Shown in pieces: positions 41,863-52,400 of a stretch of 64,000 bases of DNA. Below the pieces are notes generated by a model. The model worked only from the letters and a program-made list of their open reading frames with translations. It was not told the DNA's origin and ran no database searches. This stretch comes from Candidatus Zhuqueibacterota bacterium (GTDB taxonomy: Bacteria > Zhuqueibacterota > Zhuqueibacteria > Thermofontimicrobiales > Thermofontimicrobiaceae): the NCBI GenBank assembly GCA_049322915.1, contig JBMOPW010000044.1, positions 1 to 64,000 of the forward strand, written 5' to 3'. The first letter of the stretch is position 1. Each line of letters begins with the position of its first letter. The position numbers and the translations under genes are program-made.

Positions 41863-41891
41863 TTGTTTCCGAATTTCTATACCTGTATATT
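41863..41891 (+). promoter_or_regulatory. Putative sigma70-type promoter for the isomerase gene
   Basis: TTGTTT-17bp-TATATT. Confidence 0.4.
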
Positions 41892-41988
41892 ATATCGCTT
41901 TTGAACCTTATTCAGAAGTTTACCGGACTGTTCATTGGCTGGTAAGTGAAAGAAAAAATGAATCGTCATATGAGTGAGGAAAAAATGT

Positions 41989-43128
41989 ATGGTTGAAAAA
42001 ACATCGTCGCACAGTGTCTGCCGCTGGACGTTTCATGCCGGAAAAGGGGGCTTCGTGCCAGGGGATGTTCGTCCCGATTGGCAGTCCAACCGACTCGATG
42101 CAGTTGGCGTCATTGCGCTTGTCAGGGAGAAAATCGCTCCCAGATTACCTGGCTTCATTGAGCTGGGTTTTGAACTGCATTACAATACTGAAGTGGATGA
42201 ATCCACTGCGCAATTCGTCGCCGAGGCCATGGAAGAGAGCGGCATCTATTTAGCCATGATCACTCCCGGGGCGCACAGCCATTTTGCCTACGGCGGTATT
42301 TCATCGATCGATCCTCGGGAACGAGCGGCGGCGCAGCAGTTGGGGACGCGAACCCTGGAATTGGCGTATGGTCCTTTGAGACGGGCGTGGCACCCTGAGC
42401 CGGAAAAGTCACCGACATTTGTTCTTTGGAATGGCTCGTTCGGTTATGATCTGGCTTCCATCGGAATCCAGCAGATGTATCAGAATCTCAAACAAAGCGT
42501 GGCCGAAATGTGCGCGCTCGAAGCAAAAATGGGCGGCGAGCTTTATATCGGCTTTGAGCCCAAACCCAATGAGGGCCATCCGGCCATGCTCATTCCCACG
42601 GTCGCCAGTGCGCTGCTGTTTTGGTACCGGCTGGAACAGGAATTTGGCGTGTCGCGACAGAAGAAGGGCGTGAACAAGGAATTTGGTCACTCCGAAATGA
42701 TCGGTCTGGACCATGTTTACGATACAGTCGAGGAACTGGACAACAGCGCGATGGTTCACATGCACTTGAACAGCCAGGGCTACAATGATGGCATCATTCT
42801 GGGCGGCCCCGGAAAATACGACATCGATCATGGAGCGCGCGTGAACGGAATGAATATTGCCATCGCCGGCCTCGTACGTCGGGCGGGATTCAATCGCTGG
42901 AAAGGCCACGACATGCAGGCGCGCGCCTACGATAACGCAGACCAGGGTATTGACCGGGTTGTGCGCAGCATTCTGAGTTGGGAGGCATGCGATTTTGCCG
43001 CACGTCAATTGAATGAAAGCGAATTGGTGGGATATTTGAAAGCGAGAGAGACGGCCAAAGCTGAAGATATAATGCGGGATGCTGTGGTGACTGCTCAGAT
43101 GAAGTTCAATGAAATGTATCACCGATGA
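41989..43128 (+). CDS. Xylose isomerase-like TIM-barrel sugar isomerase (atypical)
   Basis: VLWNG, EPKPNE, GVNKEFGHSEMIGL, HMHLNSQ, KYDIDHG and GHD line up with class I XylA motifs; start ATG 41989 after GAGG. Confidence 0.78.
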   Translation: MVEKTSSHSVCRWTFHAGKGGFVPGDVRPDWQSNRLDAVGVIALVREKIAPRLPGFIELGFELHYNTEVDESTAQFVAEAMEESGIYLAMITPGAHSHFAYGGISSIDPRERAAAQQLGTRTLELAYGPLRRAWHPEPEKSPTFVLWNGSFGYDLASIGIQQMYQNLKQSVAEMCALEAKMGGELYIGFEPKPNEGHPAMLIPTVASALLFWYRLEQEFGVSRQKKGVNKEFGHSEMIGLDHVYDTVEELDNSAMVHMHLNSQGYNDGIILGGPGKYDIDHGARVNGMNIAIAGLVRRAGFNRWKGHDMQARAYDNADQGIDRVVRSILSWEACDFAARQLNESELVGYLKARETAKAEDIMRDAVVTAQMKFNEMYHR

Positions 43129-43170
43129 GGAATGCGAACCATTCCGGCGCGTTCATACTTCACCCCTTCC

Positions 43171-43206
43171 AAAAAAAATGGTCTCCATTGTTGTGGAGAC
43201 CATTTT
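43171..43206. terminator. Bidirectional intrinsic terminator
   Basis: AAAATGGTCTCCA-TTGTTG-TGGAGACCATTTT between convergent genes. Confidence 0.85.
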
Positions 43207-43211
43207 AAATT

Positions 43212-44159
43212 TTATTCCATTTTTCCGGGATAGGCAGTCCCTGATATTTCAGCGAGATACTTTTCCGCCTCCATGGCGGCCATGGCGCCAGCCCCGGCAG
43301 AGGTGATGGCCTGTCGGTAAACCGGATCCTGAACATCGCCGGCAGCAAACACAGCCGGAACATTGGTGCGCTGGCGCTTGTCGGTGATGATGATGTTTGA
43401 TTCGTCCAGATTTATCTGTCCCTGGAAAATTTGCGTATTGGGAATGTGGCCGATGAAGACAAATACTCCATCGGTTTTGACTATCTGCTCTTCGCCCGTA
43501 TTGACATCCCTCAACCGCACACTATTCACGCCGCCCATCTCCTTGCCGATGATCTCTTCAACGACCGAATTCCAGATGAAATGCATTTTCTCATTGGCGT
43601 TGGCGCGCGCCTGAAGATGCGGATTGGCCCGGAGTCGTTCACGGCGATGGACAATGGTCACGGATGAAGCGAATCGCGTGAGGAACAGGCTCTCATCCAC
43701 CGCGCTATCGCCGCCGCCAACCACGATTACTTTTTTATCTTTGAAGAAAAAGCCATCACATGTGGCGCAATATGAAACGCCCCTGCCAACATACTCTTTT
43801 TCCCCGGGGACATTCAATTTGCGGGGATCGGAGCCGGTGGCGATGATGACGGTTTTGGCCTCATAAACTTTTTCTCTGCCCTGTATTTTCAGCGGTAGGC
43901 TTTTGAAATCAACGGAGACAGCCGTGTCGTTGATGATCCGCGCTCCGAATCGTTCAGCCTGTTTCTCCATGGTCTGAAATAATTCAAAGCCGGAAACTCC
44001 CTCTGCAAAGCCGGGGTAATTGTCCAGTGAATCTGTAATTGTGACCTGGCCGCCGGGTTGATCGCCGCGCAGGATGATTGGCGACAATTCCGCTCGTGCT
44101 GCATAAATTGCAGCGCTCAGTCCGGCAGGTCCTGTACCGAGTATGACTACATTTTCCAT
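43212..44159 (-). CDS. trxB: Thioredoxin-disulfide reductase
   Basis: ILGTGPAGLSAAIY, GVSYCATCDG, VGGGDSA, HRRERLRA, FAAGDVQD. Confidence 0.96.
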   Translation of the reverse strand: MENVVILGTGPAGLSAAIYAARAELSPIILRGDQPGGQVTITDSLDNYPGFAEGVSGFELFQTMEKQAERFGARIINDTAVSVDFKSLPLKIQGREKVYEAKTVIIATGSDPRKLNVPGEKEYVGRGVSYCATCDGFFFKDKKVIVVGGGDSAVDESLFLTRFASSVTIVHRRERLRANPHLQARANANEKMHFIWNSVVEEIIGKEMGGVNSVRLRDVNTGEEQIVKTDGVFVFIGHIPNTQIFQGQINLDESNIIITDKRQRTNVPAVFAAGDVQDPVYRQAITSAGAGAMAAMEAEKYLAEISGTAYPGKME

Positions 44160-44375
44160 GTTATAACCTCACAATTAACTGCTACGACTACCTGTTCATA
44201 TATCGGGTTACGAATTAGCGATGGAAGCAAATATAAAAATAATCCAAAATTTTCAAAACGATTTTTTATGAACAAACCGAATGCATCTGAATTTTAATTT
44301 TCATGATGATTAAAATTACTTGTATTAGATGCAATCGATGCCTGGAAGATTCAGGTCATGGAGGATGCCCGAAAT

Positions 44376-44407
44376 AAAAAAGCGAGCTGCATCAGGGCAT
44401 CTCGCTT
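44376..44407 (-). terminator. Intrinsic terminator after the envelope module
   Basis: AAGCGAG/CTCGCTT stem followed by a T-tract on the - strand. Confidence 0.6.
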
Positions 44408-44457
44408 GTCATTTCCTGCATGAACTCGATGGGCAATTCCATCGTGTCAACTTACGA

Positions 44458-45267
44458 TTAAAACATCGTTCGCAGATTCAGTGAAATTTCTCCGCGGTCG
44501 TAATTGGTGTGAACATTGAGACTCACATTGCCGGCGTTCATTTTATCGATATTTTTGTTGTAACTTCGGGTCCGCCAGACTGCATCGAAAGCGCTGATGA
44601 TATGATTGGCAAAGATGCCGCCCAAAACGAAGACAGACCGATTGTAGGAACGGTCACTGGCAATTCGCAACTGTTCAAAATCATGGCGGTTGATGTCGGA
44701 ATCCCAGGCCCAAAAATAATCGTCATCGGTATAGACTTTATCGAATTGGCGCATGCGTTGTTTAGCGTCGTTATATTCGGCAACATTGGAATAATTCCCA
44801 ATGTCGACAAGAAACTGGGAGGGTTTCCCATCAGGTTGCGCGCCGGAATGCGTCGCTGCAAATGCAATGGCGTCATCCCTGAGCCAATTGCCATAGGTCC
44901 GAAACGAGAAAAAGCTGACCCAAAGCGAGATCTCTGTGATGAAGAAAGATTTGGCGAGCGTGTGATGGCCGAGATAATGCTCGCCGGCCCCGGGCAGCAG
45001 TAACGATCGCAAAAAGGCTTTGCCGCGATTTTTATACCCTGCGCTTTCAGGTTTTTCATCGCCAAAGGTGACATCCATTGCGGCGGACGCTGCGTTCAAC
45101 TCATGCGCGGAGCGAAGACCGTCAAGCACGTCGGCGCGGGCAATGCCCAGTGGCGAGGGCGCTTTGAGCGACTGATACCCATCTCCCGCAGTCAACGATG
45201 GTTGTCCCAGAAGGAGTATCACGACTGAAGCGATTATTGATGTGGAAAATTTCATGAATACTACCAT
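44458..45267 (-). CDS. Hypothetical envelope protein (DUF5683-like), paralog of the adjacent gene
   Basis: Signal peptide; KAFLRSLLLPGAGEHYLG...FFITE; NHIISAFDAVW; C-terminal strand ending in F. Confidence 0.7.
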   Translation of the reverse strand: MVVFMKFSTSIIASVVILLLGQPSLTAGDGYQSLKAPSPLGIARADVLDGLRSAHELNAASAAMDVTFGDEKPESAGYKNRGKAFLRSLLLPGAGEHYLGHHTLAKSFFITEISLWVSFFSFRTYGNWLRDDAIAFAATHSGAQPDGKPSQFLVDIGNYSNVAEYNDAKQRMRQFDKVYTDDDYFWAWDSDINRHDFEQLRIASDRSYNRSVFVLGGIFANHIISAFDAVWRTRSYNKNIDKMNAGNVSLNVHTNYDRGEISLNLRTMF

Positions 45268-46118
45268 TTCATCTTGAGTGATAACACAGGTTGCAGATGA
45301 TCCGCATAATAGATTTGTTCAATTCGTAGTGATGTTTTGATTAATGAATTGTTATGTCTTTTGGCCGTCCAGGCTGCATCGATGGCGCTGAAAAGATGGT
45401 TGAGCATGGCAATCGTCGTGCCGGTTTTGGCCTTATCGAAGAGGTCATTGCTCTCGGCGCGCATAGTCATGTAATCGTCAGCGATCTGGCATTCATTGCG
45501 TCGGTATTCCAGCAGTTCTTCGTACGTTAAATCGTTGCGCGCGCCTTCCCAGCCAGAGACAAATTCGGCGTACTTGCCGATCATTTCATAATATTGTTGC
45601 GTCTTCGACCCTTCGTCCAGCAAATCTACCATGTGGCTTGCATGGGTGAAACTTGACTTATACTCATCAGGCACGTTTTCATACCAGGATTTCCATTTCA
45701 GAGGATCCCAATTTTCATCGGCAAAGTCTTCGTACTCACTCTCTTTATCCTGTCCTTTTTTCGTGTAGACGCCGTAATAGGTCCAGGCGCTCGCTTCAAT
45801 CAGGAAAAAAGCAGCGGCTTTCCAATACGATTTCGCGTAGAGTTCACCAGTGCCGGGAATGACGGCTGAGAAGAACAACGCCTTTTTCGGGAGTTTGTAG
45901 CCCGGCAATTTCGCCAATTGCTGTTCGCGGGTGAGGTTGGTGCTGTCCTGCCAGGCTGAAGCGATTGGGCTTACAAATTTCGAAACCATCTCTGTGCTTC
46001 TGGATGGACTTAAAATAGAATATGCGTTTCCATTGGTATCTGAAGGCTCCCCGGCGTAACCAGTGCTCATCATAAAAATCAAGACGAATAACAGGGTAAT
46101 TGGGCGTGACTGTTTCAT
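45261..46118 (-). CDS. Hypothetical envelope protein (DUF5683-like)
   Basis: Signal peptide; KALFFSAVIPGTGELY...FFLIE; QQYYEMIGKY; NHLFSAIDAAW; C-terminal strand ending in W. Confidence 0.72.
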   Translation of the reverse strand: MKQSRPITLLFVLIFMMSTGYAGEPSDTNGNAYSILSPSRSTEMVSKFVSPIASAWQDSTNLTREQQLAKLPGYKLPKKALFFSAVIPGTGELYAKSYWKAAAFFLIEASAWTYYGVYTKKGQDKESEYEDFADENWDPLKWKSWYENVPDEYKSSFTHASHMVDLLDEGSKTQQYYEMIGKYAEFVSGWEGARNDLTYEELLEYRRNECQIADDYMTMRAESNDLFDKAKTGTTIAMLNHLFSAIDAAWTAKRHNNSLIKTSLRIEQIYYADHLQPVLSLKMKW

Positions 46119-46281
46119 CTAAATTTCTCCATAAATTTGGTTAATAAATGAACCTCAATGACCACTCATCAATAGCGTGAAATGTGATGGTTATTTCAAG
46201 TTACACATCAGGGCGCAGCCATCGTTTATAATAATCTTTGTCAGGAAATCAACAGCGCTGTGCAACCGCTTAAGTGACGTG

Positions 46282-49200
46282 TCAATCAAAATAGCCAAAA
46301 CTGACGCCTAAATAATAGCGCCATTCCTGGCCGTATTCTAACACCGTGTTGTCATATTTTTCAATCTTGGTATGCTTATCAAAACCATACGCCGCGTTGA
46401 AAAATATTTTTGTCGGAAAATTGTAGAAGGAAAACATGTCCAGTCTCAGTTCGAGGCCGGCGTTCCCCTTGAAATCAGCGAAGTTCAACTCATCTTCATT
46501 GAAAGCGTTGCCGTAATCATAGAAAATGCCAGCGTATAGCTTGTCAAAATACAGGTGAAAGAGTCGGGTATCCAGATGATTCAGCAACGGAAAACGGTAG
46601 GTGGCCGTGCCGATGAGCATCTTTCTCCCTTCGATGCTGTAAAATGGGTAGCCACGCAGACCGATAAGTCCGCCGGCGAAAAAGTTGAAAAATTCATGAG
46701 TTGGCCGGTCGATCCATCCGCCCTGGACGTGGAGATTGAGCGCATGTTTTCCATTGGCGAACAGACCGATATATTCTTTCCAGTCCAGTTCCACCTTTGA
46801 ATAATTGTAGTCGTCGAAAACTTCGGTCCATGTGCCGTGTTTCGTCAGCTTGAAATCGCTGATGAATTGATTGAATTCATGATTGTATTTGATGGAGATA
46901 ACGCGTCCCCCGGCCGGGTTGATATCCGACGTTGAGCTCGGGTAAACTTCACCGATTTTCCAGCCTAATTGAAGCGTCTTGCCAATGTAGTAGGTGTATT
47001 TAATCGCCGGCATTTCCTGACCCTGGTAGGTGTAATCCGGCTGATAGCGCGCCCGGTACTGATTGAACACAAAGGCCGGCCGCAAACTCTGCGAGTCATT
47101 GAGTTTGAATTCCATGCCTAGGTCGACTTCGGTCAGATCGTAGCGGAAGTTGAACATGGTGCTGATCGTGTCAATTTCATTGGGCGAAAAATCTTCCATT
47201 TCCGAGTGATGCAGTACTTTGTTGTACACTTCCAGAAAGATCGTGGGCTTGAATTTCCGGTAATTGATGATGCCGAAGATGTCGTAATCCCAGTCGCCGT
47301 TGATCGCAAACCCGCCGAAGATGTCGTATTTATCGAGAATGTCGCTGGAGTAAAAATAGGTGCCAAGTTTGGTCGTCCCGTAATCGATCATTACGCGCGG
47401 GAGAAATGAAATTTTCCCATAGGTCAGGGTGTAGGGATTGGATTTTAAATCAGGCGCCGCCGTATCGTCGTAGTGAATGGTCTGGTCCTGAATCCCCTGA
47501 TTGATGAGCACCACATCCTGGTTGTCGCTGGAAGCCAGATGCGTTGGCTTTTCATAGGCGTAGTATTCCGCATTCTTCAATTCGATGGGGCGGGGATTGT
47601 CCAACTGTGCGATTTTAAATCCATCGGATGTATACTCCGAGTAAATCAGCAGACCGTCTTTGCTCAATGAAGGCATGAATGCGCCGCCCAGAACATTGGT
47701 CAACTGCGCCTTCTTTTTGGATGAAATATTGATGGAGTAAATATTGAATACTCCTGTCCGATCCCAACTGAAATAAATATCCTGGCTGTTATCCGCGAAA
47801 ATTGGATCGCGTGCGTCTTTGCCATCATCCACCAGAAGAGTGAGTTGCTTGCCATCCGCGCTGATGAGCGCGAGTTTCTTGCCCTTGCCGCTGGAATACG
47901 AGAAGGCAATCAGCTTGCCGTTGGGAGCCCAGCGCGGCGGGAATATCTGCTCGCCGTTTTTGAACTGAGTGAGATAGGTGAGCTTTTTCGTATCCAATTC
48001 CAGCACAGCGAGATTCTGGCTGCCGTCTTTCATGGTGACAAAGGCCATCTTCTGACCATCGGGCGACCAGTCCGGAGTTTGCGCCCGGAAGTTGCGCGTG
48101 ATCTGTCGCTCGACGTGTTGCTTCAGATCGTAGGTGTAAATATCGTAGAAGTGGGACCCGTTTTTCGTCGGCCGGGAGCGCCGGGAGTAGACGAGTTTTT
48201 CCCCATTGTTGCTCCAACTGACGGACGAGCTGACAGCGCCAGAAATTGAAATTTTCTTTGTTTCGCCGGAAAAGGAATTGAAAATATAAAGCGATGACTG
48301 AGACAGATAATCATTCCCCCGATTGGAAACGAAAGCAAACTTTTTTCCATCAGGCGACCAGGTTGGATACAGGTTGGCGCTGCCCTGGCGGACGATTATT
48401 TTGCCGGCGATTTGGTGTTCCTTGATAGCCCGCGTGCGGAAAGTATACATGTCCAGCAAATAGCTCTTCCATTCATCGTAGAGCTGCTGTTCGTTCTTCC
48501 CGATGGTGCTTTTCAGCGCGCCATTCGCAGTGAACCGGAGCGGTTTCCGCATTTCGCGGAAAACGCGGCGCAGCGTTTCCAGCCCGTAATTTTCAGCCAT
48601 GTATTGAACAAGTGAAAAACCGTGGTTGTAGACCTTTTCGTTATCCAGACTGTTTTTGCCGAATACGCCCATTTCCTTAAAACTGAGCATCGTATTTTCC
48701 AGCACGGACATCCGTAGAATCATATCGCGATGCGAATCCCAATTATCATAATCCAGCTTAGGGAGTTGGTACTGGGCAACCCCCTCGGCCAGCCAGTTGG
48801 GTACTGTGGTCATGGCCAGAGGATAGGAGGCAATTTTATGAGGGAATCCATACAGCACGTAGGGATTCTTCTCCGGCTCATAGTCCATGTATTGAAAATA
48901 GAACGCCGGAATCGTGCGCGTAATTTTGCGCGACGCGCCCAATGAAATCATGTGCACGAATTCGTGGGTGACAACATTGCGCAACCAGTTATGGTTCCCC
49001 CGAAGCACAAAGTCCATGGGCGACGCCCATATCTCAACTTTGTTGTCATAATAATACGCGCCGCCGTTGGAATAATCATCATGGTCGCGAATGATGAAAT
49101 GAACTTTGCCATCCGGTTCATACAGGTAAAGGGATGTGACCGGCCAGTAAATTTCTTCAGCAATCTTGGCGACGATGCCAGCCGTACGCTCTGCGCCTTT

Positions 49201-49344
49201 GTGATAGTGAACCTGAAAGTGTTTGGTGTCGATGGTAAGCCAATCCAACTCCGGATGATTGTAGGTAGCCGGCTGAGCCAGCGCGCCAAAACTCAGGGCG
49301 GCTATTATCATCAAAGCCATTGTCGCAGTACTAAAATATTTCAC
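46282..49344 (-). CDS. Outer-membrane protein: peptidase MA-like domain + TolB/PD40 propeller + BamA/TamA-like barrel
   Basis: Signal peptide; THEFVH...WLAEGVAQY; PTWSPDG, PDWSPDG, PRWAPNG repeats; GLRGYP loop motif; C-terminal YYLGVSFGYFD. Confidence 0.8.
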   Translation of the reverse strand: MKYFSTATMALMIIAALSFGALAQPATYNHPELDWLTIDTKHFQVHYHKGAERTAGIVAKIAEEIYWPVTSLYLYEPDGKVHFIIRDHDDYSNGGAYYYDNKVEIWASPMDFVLRGNHNWLRNVVTHEFVHMISLGASRKITRTIPAFYFQYMDYEPEKNPYVLYGFPHKIASYPLAMTTVPNWLAEGVAQYQLPKLDYDNWDSHRDMILRMSVLENTMLSFKEMGVFGKNSLDNEKVYNHGFSLVQYMAENYGLETLRRVFREMRKPLRFTANGALKSTIGKNEQQLYDEWKSYLLDMYTFRTRAIKEHQIAGKIIVRQGSANLYPTWSPDGKKFAFVSNRGNDYLSQSSLYIFNSFSGETKKISISGAVSSSVSWSNNGEKLVYSRRSRPTKNGSHFYDIYTYDLKQHVERQITRNFRAQTPDWSPDGQKMAFVTMKDGSQNLAVLELDTKKLTYLTQFKNGEQIFPPRWAPNGKLIAFSYSSGKGKKLALISADGKQLTLLVDDGKDARDPIFADNSQDIYFSWDRTGVFNIYSINISSKKKAQLTNVLGGAFMPSLSKDGLLIYSEYTSDGFKIAQLDNPRPIELKNAEYYAYEKPTHLASSDNQDVVLINQGIQDQTIHYDDTAAPDLKSNPYTLTYGKISFLPRVMIDYGTTKLGTYFYSSDILDKYDIFGGFAINGDWDYDIFGIINYRKFKPTIFLEVYNKVLHHSEMEDFSPNEIDTISTMFNFRYDLTEVDLGMEFKLNDSQSLRPAFVFNQYRARYQPDYTYQGQEMPAIKYTYYIGKTLQLGWKIGEVYPSSTSDINPAGGRVISIKYNHEFNQFISDFKLTKHGTWTEVFDDYNYSKVELDWKEYIGLFANGKHALNLHVQGGWIDRPTHEFFNFFAGGLIGLRGYPFYSIEGRKMLIGTATYRFPLLNHLDTRLFHLYFDKLYAGIFYDYGNAFNEDELNFADFKGNAGLELRLDMFSFYNFPTKIFFNAAYGFDKHTKIEKYDNTVLEYGQEWRYYLGVSFGYFD

Positions 49345-49480
49345 CCTTCATCACCTTCTTTTCAAAATAAAATTAAATCTGATTTCGAAGCAACTGGAAC
49401 AATTTTTTTTTAACGGTAACGCAAAACGCACGCGACGCAAAATGTCGAACGCGCCGGCGAAGCGAGAAAGCGGTCTCAGC

Positions 49481-52400
49481 CTATTTCACCACAGCAATTT
49501 TTATGATGACGGCGCTGGACTCGCTGGCGCTTTCAGCCGCAACGCGGGCTAAATACACCCCGCTCTGTACATTGGTGATATCCCAGACCACTTCGTTTTC
49601 AACATTGGGATAACTGGTTCCTGTCAACTCCGTGACCAGTTCGCCGCTCAGGTCATAAATTCGAATGGAGACTTCGGTTGCCTCGCGGAGATAGTAACGG
49701 ATGGTCGTCGAATTCCCTTCGGTCGGATTGGGATAATTGTACACCAGTTTTTCAGGAAGAAGCTCGGACTGCTTGATCACAGGAGTCAGGTTTTTCTGAA
49801 ACAGGCTTGTGTGTCGCGGATTATTCAAATATCCGCCCCAGTGAATCTGGCTTTCCTTATAATCATAGGGTAGTTGCCAGACGTAACAGTAATCATCTGC
49901 GGTGCGCGCGACCACCTGGAATTTGCCCGATTCAGTGAAGCCAAAAATTCCCGGGCTGGCGACAATTTCGCCTGAAACCGATAACGGGAAATCGCGGACT
50001 TTCTGTCCAACAGCGTCGTAGGCCGGCAGAACGCCGGATTTAGCGCCGCACAAAATTTCGAGAGTGCCGTCGCCTTCCAGATCGGCCAGGATCGGTTCCG
50101 TGGACTCGGTCTGTTCGTAACCTCGTTCGATGAGAACGGGAAAACCAGTTAAAAGCGTTCCATTAAAATGATATGCAAAGAGCCGACCACCGCCGGAGAC
50201 CACAATATCCGGCGCGCCGTTGTTGTCGACATCGCCAATAACGGGATTGGAGAGAGGATACTCGCCCGGCACGCTGAAAGAAACCTGAGTGACGCCAGCA
50301 TTGTCCAGCACGCAGAGTGCGCCATCTCCGGTGGAAAGTGCAATTTCAAAATTACCATCGTTATTCAAATCGAATGCAGCCGGGTGATTCAGCATTGTCA
50401 ATTCGGGGATGACCCGATTCCACACGATATCCCCGTTCGCATTCAACAAAATGACCTCATCGGCTGCAGTAGTCACCACCAGTGCGTTGCGGTCAACCAG
50501 CGGAACAATCGATATTGCCTGAATGGAAGATTCGGTAATCTTTTTCTTCCAGTCCAGAGTCCCTGAAGCCTGGATGTGAAAATAACACAACTCTCCGCTC
50601 TCCAGCCCGACGAGAATTTCCTGATCATCGCCCAATCCTGACAAATCGCTGATCACAGGCACGGTGGTAATGGGCGCGCCGCAGTCGAAAATAAAGGAGG
50701 TATCCGCTCGTCCATCGCCAGTCCTGTCGACGCCGTGCCATCCGAAAAGCAAGCCATTATCCGCGCCGGCCACGACTTCGAGCGCGCCGTCGTTATTCAG
50801 GTCGGCCAATGAGGGTGCAAACATGAAATGCCCGCTATCCGCTTCAGCAAAAACAGCTAACGACACATACGTTGTATCGCCTAACGGACTGACTCGATAG
50901 GTCTCATCGGTATTCTGAATTAGCCTGTCGCCGTTGAATTTCCAGGCGAGGATTTTTCCATCGGTCCGCGCCGCGATGATGTCATTGACGCCATCGCCAT
51001 CGACGTCGCCGGTGACCGGGCTGCTGGCGCCGGAGTTCGGCCCTGCGAATGCTGGAAATCCTGACTGGGAGTTAGTCGTTTTCAGCGTGAAATACATGAT
51101 CGAATCGATCTCGCTGAAATCAGTCATATAAATTCCCGACGGAGCGCCGGAATAGGCATTACTGTTGGGCATGGTCGTGGGTGTGAAAGCGACGACCTCG
51201 GATGAATTCGCAAAAAAATGATCGCTGTTTTGATCCCACCACATGTCGAACACGCCGCCTGATTCATACCCGGTGATGCCGAAAAAATTATAGAAATGGC
51301 CCATGTCCTGGGCCCCGTCCGCTTCGACCAGACCCACGCCGCGGTGATACATGTCCGCGTTGACCCGGTTCTCTTCGAACCGCTGCTCGATGATATTTTC
51401 GTCAATGTGCCAGATCAGAATGCCTGAATGCAGGTACGAAGTGCCGGTGTCGTACGAAGGCATGCCAAAATCATATTCGTCGATGGAGGTGATGACGTCC
51501 AACCGCTGCGTGCCGATGGGCAAATTGATTTCACCGTCATTGGTGAACTCCACCTGCACACCGTTCACGTCTCTACCAATTGCCACATCGCGCGATTTCA
51601 AAACGACGCGTTGCCGATTTTCGATCAGGAAATACTCTTTGGCATTGATGGGAATTTTATAAATCTTGTTGGGATTGCGTGCGAGACTCGCTGCGACAGG
51701 CAGTTTCGTCCCGACAGTCACCTCAATAGGCTGTTCCCAGCCTAAAAAGACTTTGCTCCAGGCGCAGGGCTGCACCGGAATCAACCCCAGGAAACTGCCC
51801 GAACCCTGATCCATCAATCCAAAGCGACCAATGCCGGGATGGCCGGTGTCGGTATCGAATAAATTGGGCAGACCCAACTGATGCCCCATCATGATAGCTG
51901 CGGTACCCAGCATGCCAAAAATGGTGTATCCGCCCTGATTTTCGGTTTCAGGCAGAATGATTCCCTCTTGAATGAAATGAGCGCCGCCGTTCACCGGGAT
52001 GCCCTGATAGGATTCCGACCCCTGTCCCAGATTTTTTTTCAGATCGTTGAGGTTGAGGAAAACGGATGGAATATCGCTCGGCGTTGTATCGAAATCCTGG
52101 GTGAATTCCCAGCCCACGCCGGCATGAAAAATGATGAAGACGTCGAATTGGGAGAAATCAATATCGCTGTCCGAATCGGCGGCCATGATAGCGTCTCTGA
52201 ATAATTCGGCGAGACCGTTGTCCAGCGCCTCGTCGGTGGTGTTCGGATTGTAATAGGCCATGGGATGAGGCAGAGTCCAGACGCTGTCCGCCTGCTGCGG
52301 ATACACGGCGCCTTTGCCCGATTTATCCAGCACCTCCAGGATCAGCTTGCCGGAAGAGACGCTTTCGAAATAATGTTTCAGAGCGCGAAGCTGGTTGGTG

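Noticed and set aside
41873..41900. TGTATATTAT resembling the core of a dif site near the strand switch
   Set aside because: The XerC and XerD arms do not match. It is better explained as the -10 region of the isomerase promoter.
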